Origin: Callorhinchus milii
Lineage: Eukaryota
Assembly (NCBI RefSeq): GCF_018977255.1
Contig: NW_024704743.1
Location: forward strand, 22,384,001 to 22,448,000
DNA length: 64,000 nucleotides
Reading direction: 5' to 3'
Shown here one piece after another: positions 25,385 to 39,300 of this stretch. A program made the translations under genes and the position numbers. The notes under the pieces are model-generated. The model was not told the DNA's origin, made no database searches, and saw nothing but the letters and a program-made list of their open reading frames with translations. Within the stretch, counting starts at the first letter, position 1, and each line of letters opens with the position of its first letter.

Positions 25385-26440
25385 ATACAACAACTTGCAT
25401 TTATATAGCACCCTCCATGCAGGGTAAGGTCTCAGAGCGCTTAACAATGGTGGAGCCTGACTCCGAGCCGGGGGAAGGAGGGAGGTGGCCGTAAGCATGG
25501 TCGAAGAAGAAGGTCTTCAGGCGGGACTTGAAAAAGGGGAGAGAGGGGGCAAGACGGAGGGATTGAGGGAGAGTGTTCCAGAGCTTTGGGGTGTAGTGGC
25601 CGAAAGCCAGCCTCCGATGGTGGGACGGAGGGTGCGAGGAACGAGCAGGAGGCCGGTGCCAGTCGAGCGGAGACGCCGGGTGGTGGATTGGGAAGTGAGG
25701 AGGTCGGAGAGGTGGGGAGGTGCCAGGGAGTGAAGGGATTTGAACACGAATGTGAGATCTTGAAGTCGATCTGTTCCGTGATGGGGAGCCAGTGGAGCCT
25801 GGCCAGAACTGGTGAGATGTGGGTGGAGTTTGGTCCGGGTCAGTATGTGGAGGGCAGAGTTCTGAATGAACTGGATCTTTTGAATAGTGGAGCTGGGGAG
25901 ACCGGCGAGGAGTGAGTTTGAGCAATCCAGGGAGGAGGTGACAAACACATGCACAAGGGTTTTGGCTGCATTTGGGATAAGGTACGGTCAGAGGCAGGAC
26001 ATGGAAGAGGGCGGTCCTGGTCAGGGACTGGATGTGGGGAGGAAGGACAGCTGGGGGTCGAACCGGACGCCTAGATTGCGCACTGTTTCGGTGAGTCTGA
26101 GAGAGAGTCCAGGGAGGTTGAGGAGTTCAGATCCACAGGAGTGAAGACGTTGACAGGAGCAAAGGGATATGGCTTGTGGGTCCATATTCAGCTGCAGGAA
26201 GTTTACCCTCATCCAGGCCCTGATGTCTGCCAGACAAACTGAGAGAACATCGGTGGACCTGGAGTTGGTACTGGAGGAGGCAAAGTAGATTTGTGTGTCA
26301 TCTGCATACGTGTGGAAGTTTACCCGTGTCTGCGGATGACATCGCCCAGAGGGAGCATATAGAGAAGAGGGCCAACGATGGAGCCCTGGGGTGCCCCACA
26401 GATGACTGGGTGGGGGCGGGAGGAGAAACCATTTGCAGAA
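25385..26440 (-). mobile_element. 5'-truncated L2 LINE (RT C-terminal half plus 3' UTR), degenerate
   Basis: Minus strand encodes GAPQGSIVGPL, YADDTQIY, VRNLGVRFDPQLSF, IQNSA and PKLWNTLP; (TTG)n tail. Confidence 0.9.
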
Positions 26441-27439
26441 ATAAAACGTAGGTGGTTCTCTAGACAGTGAGGACGATACAGATCCCTAGACAGCGAGGGG
26501 GAAACTAGACCAAAGCTATAAATTCAGTATCATTCCCTGTAGTTTATAGTCTATTATTTTAGCCTAAATCCCCCCTATAACATGCTTGCTCACTTCACTA
26601 CTGTTCGCTGTGCTGATAGTTTTGGCAATCTACCCCCATTACCCCATAAATCCCTCTCTTGTGTTGTGTCTTGAAGTCTAATACAATTCATCCTAAATTT
26701 GTATTGTTTATATTCCTTCCAATTTCTTCACTGTTTTTGTAAATAAAATAGTTGCCACTTGTAACTCCCTAATCTATTTAGGATCCACTTTCTCGTTTTT
26801 TTTTTGGTCAGACGGGTGTCCTGACGGATATGGAAATCTATCATCATGCTAAAGAATATCTAAATCAAATTGAGAATGCACTGCAGAAGCTCCTTTCCCA
26901 ATCCTTCCCATGCTATGCCTTCCAAGCACTTCAACATGCATGAAGGGTGTTGTATGAACTCACAATGTTGTTGTTGATCCAAACTTGTGGGCCAGTCTCC
27001 TTTGTGGCAATGTATCAAAAGCTTTCAAAATATTTGGCTAAAAAATAGATACTATACTTTGCAGTAAAATCCCGTAAGGTACTTCAAGATAGCCTCCCGA
27101 TTTGAATGATGTTATAATCCAAGGCAACGATTGTTATTATTATTTGAAGTATGTCAGTGCATAACCATCACTGAGTTGCCCCTAATCTGCAAGTTCCAGA
27201 TTTCTCTTCTCTCTTCTTCAGATTTGTTCGGTATGACTTCTCTCCTATATGTTTCCACACTCCTGTAGAGAACAAGCTTGTTCTAGTTGTTTTGATAGTA
27301 AAAATGGACGAGATCTCTCACAGTATCCCTGCAGTAGGGAAATCAATGGTGTTTTTTGTAAGGCAGCATAATGGAATGTATTTCCCAGCCAAGAAGAGGA
27401 AACAGTTGACTCATCTTTACACTTCTGACCTTATCTGAC

Positions 27440-27773
27440 CCTGTAGCTCATTGGTTATAGCACTCGCCTCGCAAGCGAGAGACCTGAATTCTATTCCGGC
27501 AGAGCAAAATGTTGAGCAAATTTCCTTACTCCACTTGCCTCTGTTTACCTAGCAATAAGTAGGAACCCAGTTGTTAGTTGGCGGATCACTTTTACNAAAA
27601 AAATTTGATCACTCAATCCACGACTGTCCGTGGGACACTCCTGTGCACAATTGGCTGCCACGTTTTGCCCACAAATATACAGTCAATTCACTTTACAGTA
27701 TATTCTGTGAAGTGCTTTGCCACATCTAGAAGACGTGAAAAGTGCTATATCAAATGCAACGGTTATTATTGTT
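27440..27773 (+). mobile_element. tRNA-derived SINE, long subfamily (contains an N at 27596)
   Basis: Same architecture as the 23392 copy. Confidence 0.85.
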
Positions 27774-29784
27774 ATCTTTACTTGGGAATTCCGCAATAGA
27801 ATCAAATAATCCTACAGAACAGAAGGAGGGCATTCGGCCCATCCTTCCTGCGCTGACTTCTTTGAAAGAACTACCAACTAGTCCAACAGAGCATTGAGCT
27901 GGGTCTAATGTATATTAATTGGATTGAATACATTGAACTCAATGTAGCAAATCAAAGCAATTTTCTTTTGTTCATCTCCCAGAATCCCTTCGCCTTCCCT
28001 TGCCCTCTTCGAGGTCCTTCTCAAACCTTCTTCTTTGATCGTGCCTCTGGCCATCTTCCCCCCCATCCTCCTTGCCCCCCTCCCCTCTTGAATCCAATGT
28101 CAAGCTCAGGTGCAAACCCTAGACGATTCAGCACTTTGAACATCCTCCCGACATGAAAAGCAATATATCCCTGACTGTCCAGCGTCTTTGAACATTCTCC
28201 CGACAGCGATATATAAATATAATTTTGTGTTGTATATAAATGCAATTTGTTGTTGGTGGTGGGAATGGAACTATCGTTCAATTGGAAATGATATGCATGG
28301 TAATAATGCTCCCATGGATTTCATACTGAGCTGTGAGGAAATTCGCCGGGAGTTCCTGGTACATGCCAACCACTTAGTGAGGGCTCAAACCCTGCCCTTG
28401 GCAAATGACCAATTAGTGACTATTTTCTTTGAGGGGAGTTAAGTCGAATCTCCTTGGAGCTGAACTGACTCCAAGATGACATGTTTGGCAACGGAATGTC
28501 GGAATTGAGCCAACCCTCTGAGGCAGTCTCAGAAATCCAGTTCCAAGCTAGAAATTTGGTCTAGTTTGGTGCAGGCCTGATGGGATTACCCACCTTAATA
28601 GCCATTCTGTTTTTCATCATATGCAGCAATAGTGGTTAAGTTACTCAAGAGAAGGACACTCTTTGCTGTAAAACAGTTACATCAATGACTTGAAACATGT
28701 CAATTGCCTACACAGGCAAACATCAAGAAACAGATTCTGAATAAAATAGCGTTCCTTAAGGGACAGATGGTTGAATAGTTGTGGGTACTTAGGTTGGTGT
28801 TTTTTCTATGTTAAGTTATATTTAATGAATGATCTGCTCTTTGCAAGAGAATTTTTATGCTGGATAAAAATACTTTCGGAGGTTTGTCTCATTGATTCAC
28901 CATAGAAACGGAGATAAATATCCATGTCATTAAGCAATGCTATTCTCACAAGATGGGGCACTTTTGTAACCTGAAGAACAGTGAAATCAGTTCAAATATA
29001 AATTTCTTTTGTGCAATTTAAGAATTTATAAAAACATCCTCAGCGATTAAAGACATGTTCATCATACCCATCAGAACAAAATGAACACAACAAATTTTCT
29101 CGTATCTAAAAGGATATATTAGCTCATGGTTATATTATACAACAGTGTCACCCAACAAATCGCGTGCAATCGCGTGCAGGAAAGGTTTAAATCGTGACTG
29201 AATCAGAAACGGACATACTTGTAACATATCACTGTTGCCTTACAATATATACAATTTAAAACATTTTTAGCAGGTTTATTTGCAATACGTGCTGTTCAAA
29301 TTTATCAAAATTAAACTTTTGTAATGTTATTTTGGTATTCTGATACCATTGCGTTTGAAATATAGTTTTATAGTAAAAACCTGATCACTCAACCCTGGCT
29401 CATTACCATTAAGTCATCAAGCTCTCAATATCCCAGCTACATTTATTAATGTATTTATACATATGCCTAACTTGAACCTGAGACATGTTCCCTTGGAGTG
29501 ACGAGTTATTAGGAATTTATTATATTTTCATTGCTATTTCTCTGCACAAGTGTCATTTAAGGCAACGGGTTCTATTTAGGACTATTTGTACCGTAGATGT
29601 GCAACACATTTAAATAAATGTCATTACTGCTAAACAAACTTTCAAAAAGTAAGCACATGCAGTTACCACAATTTATGAAGTAACGTCAACCCCGGGTTGA
29701 TGTTTTTAATTTATTTTCTCTCCTTCTGAAAACAATTCCAGTTTGTGGAATTGCTGAAAGAAACTCCCATATTCATTAATATTG

Positions 29785-30093
29785 GTGGGGGAATCCAGAA
29801 CAAGGGAGCATAATCTTAAAATTAGAACCTAGCCCATTTAGAAGTGAAATCAGGAGATGTTTTTTCACCCAAAGGGCAGTGGAAATCTGGAACTCTTTCC
29901 CCCAAAAGGCTTTGGATGCTGGATCAATTCACATTTTCAAGACTGAGATGGATATATATTTGTTAGGATAGGGTTATCAACGGATATGGGGCAAGGGCGG
30001 GTAATTTGAGTCGAGGTACAGATCAACCGTGATCTTATAGAATGGTGGAACAGGCTCGAGGGGCTGAATGTCCTACTCCTGTTCCTCTGTTCC
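29785..30093 (+). mobile_element. CR1 (shark HER1-like) LINE 3' end, antisense just downstream of the RP9 stop
   Basis: GESRTR.HNLKIR, FFTQRAVEIWNSFPQK and FKTEMD (with frameshifts), then GGCTCGAGGGGCTGAATGTCCTACTCCTGTTCCT tail. Confidence 0.88.
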
Positions 30094-30162
30094 CAATAAA
30101 GCACTCACTTTTCGCCTCAGCTACAGTTCATGACAGTTCTTTTATGATTCTTGCCTTTCACC

Positions 30163-30340
30163 TCAATCTGAGCTGTCATTTGATTTGCGTGTTTTGTGTT
30201 TCCTTTTTTTCTTCTTTTTCTCTTTCTTTCTCTTCTCTTTTTTCTTTTTCTTCTTTTTGTGTCTGTCGTCAGACTCCAAGGAGCTGGAACTCCCACTGTC
30301 CGATGTGGGATCCTCCAGTAACTGCTTTAGCTGTTGGATC
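30163..30340 (-). CDS. RP9: RP9 exon 6 coding part (R-IQQLKQLLEDPTSDSGSSSSLESDDRHKKKK...KRKHKTRKSNDSSD*)
   Basis: Acceptor TTTTTCCAG; same frame as ORF 30163..30375; TGA stop. Confidence 0.95.
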
Positions 30341-33300
30341 CTGGAAAAAGAAAAATATTTAAATTGACAGTACAATTAAAATTTTATATTTACATTTTAA
30401 ATGTATAGAACGCCCGTCACATCACGAGGAGGCTTGTAAATTGAGCAAATTGAATTCTTGGCACTTTGTAAAATAATTAGCTCATTTCAAGTGTAAATCT
30501 GTACGTTTATCACCCACCAGTGAATCCATTTAGCTTTCATAAAGTGGGGCAGGACGATTTGTTCCAGCTGTGTTGGAATACAAATGCTGAATAAGAGGCT
30601 AATTTGCAGATCACATGCGCTCTCACAGCTTGCATAACTGAATGCTTGGCAAAAGGACAGTTAAATTGTGTACTGCAGACCGACTGTAGTTAGTGGACGT
30701 CAGTTGCACACAACTTGCATCCACTCAAACTAATAGTTGGTGAATAAACTACAGACAGACTTTTTCTGATCCAAATTGAAACACTAAAATTGACAAAGAA
30801 GCTTAAAGCTTGTACAGAAGTCATTATATTTAATCATTTCACTGCAATGATGTGAGTTTATTGAACAACAATTTGCATTGATATAGCTCCCTTCAGGCAC
30901 CATAGCGGCCCGGAGCTATTCCACAAAATCACCTGAACATTCAATGCATCTCAGAAAAAAGTAATGCTTAACAATGATGATAATAATAGTAATCCTTGCA
31001 TTTGACATAGCGCCTTATAGTGCTTTCAAGATGCCTCAAAATGCTTCACAGGATTTTACTATGAAGCAATAGTGACTGTGTATTTGTAGGTGAATGCGGC
31101 AGCCAATTTGCACACAGCAATGTCCCACAACCAGGAAATGAATGACCACATCCTCGTGTCCACAAGTACACTTAAAACAAGGTTGATTCTCCCTCGAGTC
31201 AGAGAATACTAGAGGTAATATAGGAGTCCATTAAACCTGTCTGGAATCAGTTTAAGTACAGACCAAGACAGAATCTACTCTTGGGCAGGTTTTTATTGCT
31301 TGAGGAAGGGGCTCTGCCAATGTTGCCTTACATCCCAAGGTGGGGTTGATTCCACAACCGCCAGAATATAGAAAAAATTGAGCAAAAAGCAATTTTGTTC
31401 ACATTGCTGCCAAACCAATCTCATATGCAACATTAAACACTGTTCAGATAACAATCCAATCAAAGGAGTCTGACATCTTTCACACAGAATTGGCCCTGGA
31501 ATTGGGGAGGGGAAAAACAGAGATGCAACAATACATCTGGGAATTAAAATGGCAATGACATCCAATATTCCAATTTCAAATGGGATTCCTTAATCCTGAA
31601 AGTTGAGTGTAGACAATTCTGTGTAACTGGAAGTGGGTCTGGCTGAATCATGGGAACTCCACTGTGAAAGTACTGTATGAGAGCCCATGAGTTTCCACAA
31701 GTCATATTTTATGATTTCCTTATTAGGGCAACATATTAGAAATCACCATATTTTAGACCCCAATAGTCACCATGTTCACATTCATTATGGTGGCAATATT
31801 GTACCTCTTGGGTCTGTACATTGTGCTGTACTGGGACATCAGAGTTACATAAGAATTTTTATTTTTGCATTCATCAAACTAAGGGATATCAATGGAGATA
31901 AATAGAATTCTCTTCTACTCTAGTATAGAATATGAACATCAAACACTTTCACATCAGCTATATGTCAGGGTGGATACAGAACCAAGTTCTCTTTGTCACT
32001 TTGCCTGTCCTCCTGACGTGAAAGGCGTTATACAAATGTAATTTGCTGCTGCTGTTGTCGTCACTGGTACTCACCTGGTTTCCTTTTCATGGCGCTTGTT
32101 TTCTCTGATGACGTCATACATGGGATCCTCATGTGCCTAGTGAAGGAACACACTATGTTAATGGAATAAAATTGGTAATAAAGCCTAATACCATGTACGA
32201 TGATGTTACCTTGACTTTTTTTTACAACTTCTAGTCATGAAGGTGAATATTTTGGGGCATTCAGAAACCAGCAAAGCCTTTTTATTAAAAGAAAAGTGAA
32301 ATCCAATTTTTTGTCTAAGATTCCCCTCTTCAGAAAGTGTTTTTTGCCTCATTTTTCTATTTACTGGGGTACTGTTCCACAAGTGCCAGTTGCACTTGTG
32401 CCAGTACATCATTTGAGTGGCCATCATTCATGTATGTGCCTTGAGAGTGAATACTGGCACATTATTTGACAGTGAGGGGATGGGAATAGCAGTCACAGCC
32501 GATACATCTAACAGTCTTACACATGCATCTTCCAGCAAAGATCTCTGGTTACTCATTGGAAACAGTTCGATTTTCCTCTACATAACTCAAGAAGGTACTG
32601 AGGTCAAAAGTAACTGCCTAAGAAATGTTCAGTCAACTCAGCACAGACCTGAATTTGATGCCATGCCTTTCTGGTCTGTACTTACTGCTGTACTGGGCCA
32701 TCAGAGTTACATGAGAGCTTTTGTTTTGCACTCATCAAACTAAGGGATATCAGTGGAGATAAATAGATTACTTTTCTACTCTGGTACAGAATATTAGCAT
32801 CAAACACTTTCACACCAGCTATATGTTAGGGTGGATGCAGAACCCAGTTGTCTTTTGTTCTTTCCTAAAGATGGTCTTCAACCAGAAATTCAGACATGAC
32901 CTACACACCAGCAGTGTGAGATCACCATTTCTCATTGTGCCAGGAAGGAGAGTCAGGTTAGTGCTACACTGGGAATTCTATTCTCACTCAAAATCAGTTC
33001 AAGCCTGCCCAGGTAGAACCCATAGTCAGTAAACAGAAACGATATTCAATCCTCATGAGATTCACCTTCTGAAAACTTGACAGTCCATTTGCCTCTAATG
33101 TCATGCTGTCTTCTCCTCTGGCTCCGGTCTGCTCCACATCCCCCGCCCCAACCGCCCTACCATCGGTGGTCGGGCCTTCAGCCTCTCAGCCCCGAGGCTC
33201 TGGAACTCTATCCCCCAGTGCCTTCGCCGCCTTCTCCCTTTCCTCCTTCAAGGCCGGTCTCAAGACCTTTCTCTTTGACCGTGCCTTCAGCTCCCCTCTC

Positions 33301-36300
33301 GACTCTCTACCCCTCCTCGCTCCCTCCCTTCCCTCCCCTCACCCTGACCATTTCCCCAATGCTCGGGTCCTGACCCAACTGTACAGCGCCTTGGGAAGTC
33401 CTCCCGACGTGAAAGGCGCTCTATAAATGGAATCTTGTTGTTGTTGTTTGCTTCTCCCAGTGTTAGTTGTACTCATTTCAAGAAGTGCTGGGTTTATATT
33501 ACAGAGACGAGGTAAGTGGGGTCTCCTTGAAGCTGAACTTGCTCCAAGGTGACATGTTTGACAACGGATCATCAGAATCGAGCCAATCCTCTGTGGCTGT
33601 GTCAGTAGTCCAAGTTCCTGAGCCAGGTGGGTCTGCAGTACTTCAGGGCACTGCTGATGACAGCAGTGTTCTGAAGTCTGGCTTCAGGGCACTGCTGTCT
33701 GGCTCATCGGCAGGACTTGGAAGGGCAAACCAGTCACTAGGGGCAGGGATTCTTCTCACTCATAGGTGGAATACATGAAATTTTCATTCTGGCTTGGATA
33801 CTAAAGCATGGTGATGGGCTCCGCCGCATGTCTCAAAACAACCGGCAGATCCCCAAAAATACTATATTGCATAAAGGAAAGTAATCTAACAGGAGAAAAA
33901 TGCAAACGGGAGGGGAATGAAAGAGAAAATATTCTTTAAAATAAATTTTAGAAAATCAAAACACCAGAAAAAGGTTTAGTATCAGCTTCAGACTCATTTA
34001 AATAGTTAAATTTTCATCAACACAAGCACCAGAAACTAAATCAAAGTAAAATGATTTATTTTTTGAGTCCAACAAATTTCATGCACTCTATGATTTTGAT
34101 TTCAGTTCGTTGGTATCAAAGTGAATTCCAAAAGGAAGCATTTGTGCTTAAGTGGCTAAGTAAACCACTGAATGTCATAAAATAAAGAGTACAACATGCA
34201 GGAATGTTAGAGCAACTATTGCAAATATGTGACATAGCTAGTTCATGCCTACCAGTAGAACCACCATTATGAGTGAAAGCGAAACTACAAATACATTCCC
34301 AGCCTGTTCCTGTTTTGTGCCAACTTGCAGGCTCTGGTCAGATTTTCCACTGTATTCTTATTGATTAAATACTATTTTCGGAAAAATATTTCCGACCAGA
34401 TCATCATGATGCGACCTTTTCATTTGCCAACTGATAGGTTTTCTATGATTGAAACTGTCGAACAGACCTCTGGGAAATTAATCAATGCTGCTCATCTCTG
34501 CTGGAGGATTTTGAGTCTACTCAGATCAAATGGATTTATAGTGAGCAAAGGGCAATGTTCCATATTCCACCTTGTCCCTTTAATCCAAATCCTTTTAGAA
34601 TCAGCTGCAAGGATTGGGAGAATTTAAATGGTATGCTTTCACTCCTGGGATCTGGACTTGAAATCTAGCTTAGACTATAAAATACAAAAAAGCACGATAG
34701 CAAAATTGCTTGAGTGGTACCGGGGATGGTGTAGCTTCAAGAAATATAGCATGTGTAAATCAGGAAGTAACTTGGCGGCATCGCTATGACAGGAAATCGA
34801 CTATTTTAGCTTCTTGATGAAAATAAATGGCCGACTTACAGGCTGTCTGATTATCACCAACGTCACTTTCCTTTAGAGCAAACTCACAGAGAGGGAGCGA
34901 TAATGTGCCTCTCATTAGCACCAATCAACCCCCCAACTTTTCGCAAAATTTGGCAAATATTTCCTCAATTTTCTATTGGCCCTGGTTATAACCAAATGCA
35001 TGCTATAAAGAAGACAATCCAATAGGGCTATAATAAACAAAATATAATTTAAATGTACACACACACATATATTCTTACTGTTCCATAGGCTACAGGAGAG
35101 GCTTATTTTGAATGAAATATTATGCGTCCTTTCAGAAACACAAACCTCAAGACTAGTGTAAGCATTCAAAAGTAGAGAGAATAAAATCTGTTCCGACTTA
35201 CTACTCTGAAATGCTCTAACTTTTGATTTCCACTGATGAAGAATGGACATTCTCTATCTCCAGTTCTGTGTCCAAAATGTTTGCATCTCCAGCCTGGAAA
35301 CAACATTCCAAAACAGTATCAATAACCATTTGTCCTCATTTGGCCTGGTACAACTTCTAAGATGGCTCAGAAGAATCAACAACAACAACTTGCATTTATA
35401 CAGCGCTCCCTCATGCAGGTTTAGCATCCCAGAGCGCTCGACAGTGACGGAGAACGACGCTGAGTTGGGGGGAAGGTGACCAAAGAAGAAGATCAAGCCC
35501 GACCTGAAGATACGGAAGCAGGGGGTAAGGTGGAGAGATAGAGGAAGGGTGTTCCAGACAAAATCACAGTAACATGCTTTGTTGTGCATTGCTGATGTGG
35601 CCAATTCAGGCCAACATTGAAAGAATTTACAGACCTAAATCAAGGAACAGTTGAGATGTGGTTTGAACATGGGCTGTTTTAGATTTCTAATAAAATACAA
35701 ACTAGCAAAGTTTTTTTTTCACATATAAATATGGTGTGTCCAATCGTTTTTCTAATTTTGTCTTCATTGCCATATGCCCGGGGTGCAGATCCACGGGTGC
35801 CCTTCGGTACCCATCCCAATGCCTTTTATTCAAGTGTGAGCCTTGGGATTGAGTGTCAGTACGCCGCGTGATTTTGAGGACATCATGGTTGATCTTGACC
35901 TTTCCCATCCAACTGTTACACACATAAGAGGGTGCGAAAGAGGAGCAAGAAGAAGAATTGCTGTTTGTTTTTTCCCTCCCTAACCTGAGGAAAGACATGA
36001 CCAATTTTGCCTTCCCATACAGCTGAGACCTGCAAACCAGCCAGCTCCTAATCTGTTATCAGCCCCATGATGCCATTGGAGCTGCCCATATTTTGATCTC
36101 TTAATAATAATAATCCTTGCATTCGATATAGCGTTTTTTATGTCTTCTAGACATCTCGAAGAGCTTCACAGAATATACTGTAAAGTGAATTGACTATATT
36201 TGTGGGTGAAACGCGGCAGCCATTGATGCACAGTAGTGTCCCACAAACAGTCGTGGATTGAGTGACCAAGTTATTATTTTTGGGGGGGGATTATTATCCC

Positions 36301-39300
36301 CGGAAAAGCGATCCGCCAATCGATTAACAACTGGGTTCCTATTTACTGCTAGGTAAACAGAGGCATGTGGAGTAAGGAAACTTGCTCAACATTTCGTCCT
36401 GCTAGGAATAGAACCCAGGTCTCTCGCTTAATGTTTACATAATGCTAAGTAATGCATGACCTATTACATTCTTCTACAATTCAGTGAGACAGGATTGTAG
36501 ATCAATCAGTGCTCCAGAAGATTTGCAATACAGATCCCATGGGGGAAAAAAAACCTTACTTCAACATCGGTTTTCCTCTGTGGATTCTTTTAGATTCTGC
36601 CACTACTTCACTCATTTAAAACTGCAACTCAGCTGTCCTTTATTTATCCAGCCTTCTTCCCTCTCAACTTAACTTCCTTCTGTCACATGTGGAAAAGCTT
36701 TGAACTGGTCACATTGCAGCTTCTCTTCATTTTGTGAGATTAAAAGCAAGTCACTAGCCTCTTCAATTACCCCCCACCCCCACCCCCGCAAAAGAAAACA
36801 ACTTTATGTTGCTGACGGCATAAATAAAAGCACAAACAAGTGCAGCACAAGGCCATTCAAGATCAAGTGTTAGAATTCTGGTCTGCACCGAGTCAGTGGT
36901 AGAAGTCTTAATTTCGGAAGGGGAAATTTCAACAAGGTTCCTATTCCTGGATTCTAACCATAACCTGTCTGTAGTTGTTTTGTGCGTTGGCATCACTGTG
37001 CTCAGCTTGCATGCGGCTCAAATAACCAAATTAGAATGAACACTGTCAAGGCTCGTCAACAATGGGATTTAAAATAATGATTTCTAACAGGATTTCTTAA
37101 TACAAACTCCTCTTGCTGAACGGGGACTCAAACTACAGAAACTGTGCTTTCATATACTTGCGGATCGGTCAGTGGGACGAACTTCCCTTTACTTGTAGGA
37201 GTCCCCATTTGTAGGAGTGCCCATTTGTATTAGTCCCCATTTGTAGGAGTGCCCATTTGTATTAGTCCCCATTTGTAGGAGTGCCCATTTGTATTAGTCC
37301 CCATTTGTAGGAGTGCCCATTTGTATTAGTCCCCATTTGTAGGAGTGCCCATTTGTATTAGTCCCCATTTGTAGGAGTGCCCATTTGTAGGAGTCCCCAT
37401 TTGTATTAGTCCCCATTTGTAGGAGTGCCCATTTGTATTAGTCCCCATTTGTAGGAGTGCCCATTTGTATTAGTCCCCATTTGTATTAGTCCCCATTTGT
37501 AGGAGTGCCCACTTGTAGCAGTGCCCATTTGTAGGAGTCCCCATTTGTATTAGTCCCCATTTGTAGGAGTGCCCATTTGTAGTAGTGCCTATTTGTAGCG
37601 GTGCCCATTTGTAGGAGTGCCCATTTGTAGGAGTCCCCATTTGTAGGAGTCCCCATTTGTAGGAATCCCCATTTGTAGGAGTTCCCATTTGAGACTCGAA
37701 TTCTTTATTGGAATCTTTATAGGAATCACATTAGAAATCATTGCATTTTGGTTTCCTTACTCTTGTTTTGGGCTGTAATAATTTCAGTCAACTGTTCTAG
37801 TAAATGTTTCCAGTATTTCCCATTTTATTACTGGAACTGTTTCATGGAGCAGATATGTTCTTAATTTTCTGATTTGTTTTCATTGTGATAGAAATTTAAA
37901 AATTCTGCTTACACTGCATGACTTTCACTTCTCTCCCCAGTGGCATCCAAAGTCCTTTGGTAGGAGCGTGTGCCAGGAAGTCTCTTGCTCCTTCATTGCC
38001 TGGCAAATCTGGGATACAGTCTTCAGGCTTATCATCATCTTCCTGAACAAACAAAAACAGGTTGATTTATAAATTAAGTGTTTGTCTTTAAATTATATCA
38101 GTAATAAGAAACACTTTTCTGGCTAGTCCAAGACTCCCATTAAGTTGGATGCAATAATAATAATCCTTGCAGTTGACAGATCACCTTATCATGTCTTTGA
38201 GATGTCTCAAAGCGCTTCACACACTATACTGTAAAGTGAATTGACAGTATAGTTGTGGGCGAAACGCGGCAGCCAATTGCGTACAGCAGTATCCCACAAA
38301 CAGTCGTGGATTGAAGTGACCTATTTATTATTGTTTTTTTGCTTGAGGGAGTATTATCAGGTGTGCGGAGTAAGGAAACTTGCCCAAGGTTTCACCCTGC
38401 TGGGAATCGAACCCAGGTCTCTCGCTTGTGAGTCGAGTGCTCTAACCACTGAGTTACAGGACTTTAGACCCTCCTTAAATTAATATACACTTTTTCCTCG
38501 TATAACTGCTGAAATTTTGAGGACATCATGGTTGATCTTGACCTTTCCCATCCAACTGTTACACACATAAGAGGAGCAAGAAGAAGAATTGGGATACAGT
38601 CTGCGCATTTGTAGACAAAAACACAGCAGCCCATTTGTAATGCCATATTAACAGCTATGAAGTCAATGACCAATTATATCCGCAAGACTTATGGTGAGGA
38701 CACTGGAGGAACTCCTTTCTATTTTTGAATAGTGCTACGAGATCTTTAATATCGACCTGAACAGGCAGACCGAACCTCTGTTTAGCATCTTATCTGAAAG
38801 ACAGCAGCTCCAACAAAGACAGCACTGCATTGAAGTGCCTTCGCCTTGCTTCCTCCCTTTCCTCCTTCAAGGCCGGTCTCAAGATCTATCTCTTCAATCG
38901 TGCCTTCAGCTCCCCTCTCGACTCTCTACCCCCTCCTCGCTCCCTCCCTCTCTTCCCTCCCCTCACCCTGACCATTTCCCCCTGCTCAGGTCCCGACCCA
39001 ACTGTCCAGCGCCTTGGGACGTCCTCCCAACGTGAAAGGCGCTCTATAAATGAAATCTTGTTGTTGTTGTTGTTGAAGTGTCATCTAAGACTTAATGTAA
39101 TGCTCTCATTTCTGCCCAGGAACTTCTTATACGCTTTTATGATTTGCTAAAATTTTGCCCTGATATAACTTTAAAAGTTGCTTTTCTCTTAATTGTGAAC
39201 TCTAAAAGTAACCTGTCATTACATATTGCAAAAAATACTCAGTGAAGTGCTTCAACACATTTCGACTTGATAATCTGATTAGTTCCCCCCTCGAAATGGA

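Noticed and set aside
37192..37691. CRISPR-like array
   Set aside because: Units are contiguous with no unique spacers, there are no cas genes, and the context is a vertebrate intron.
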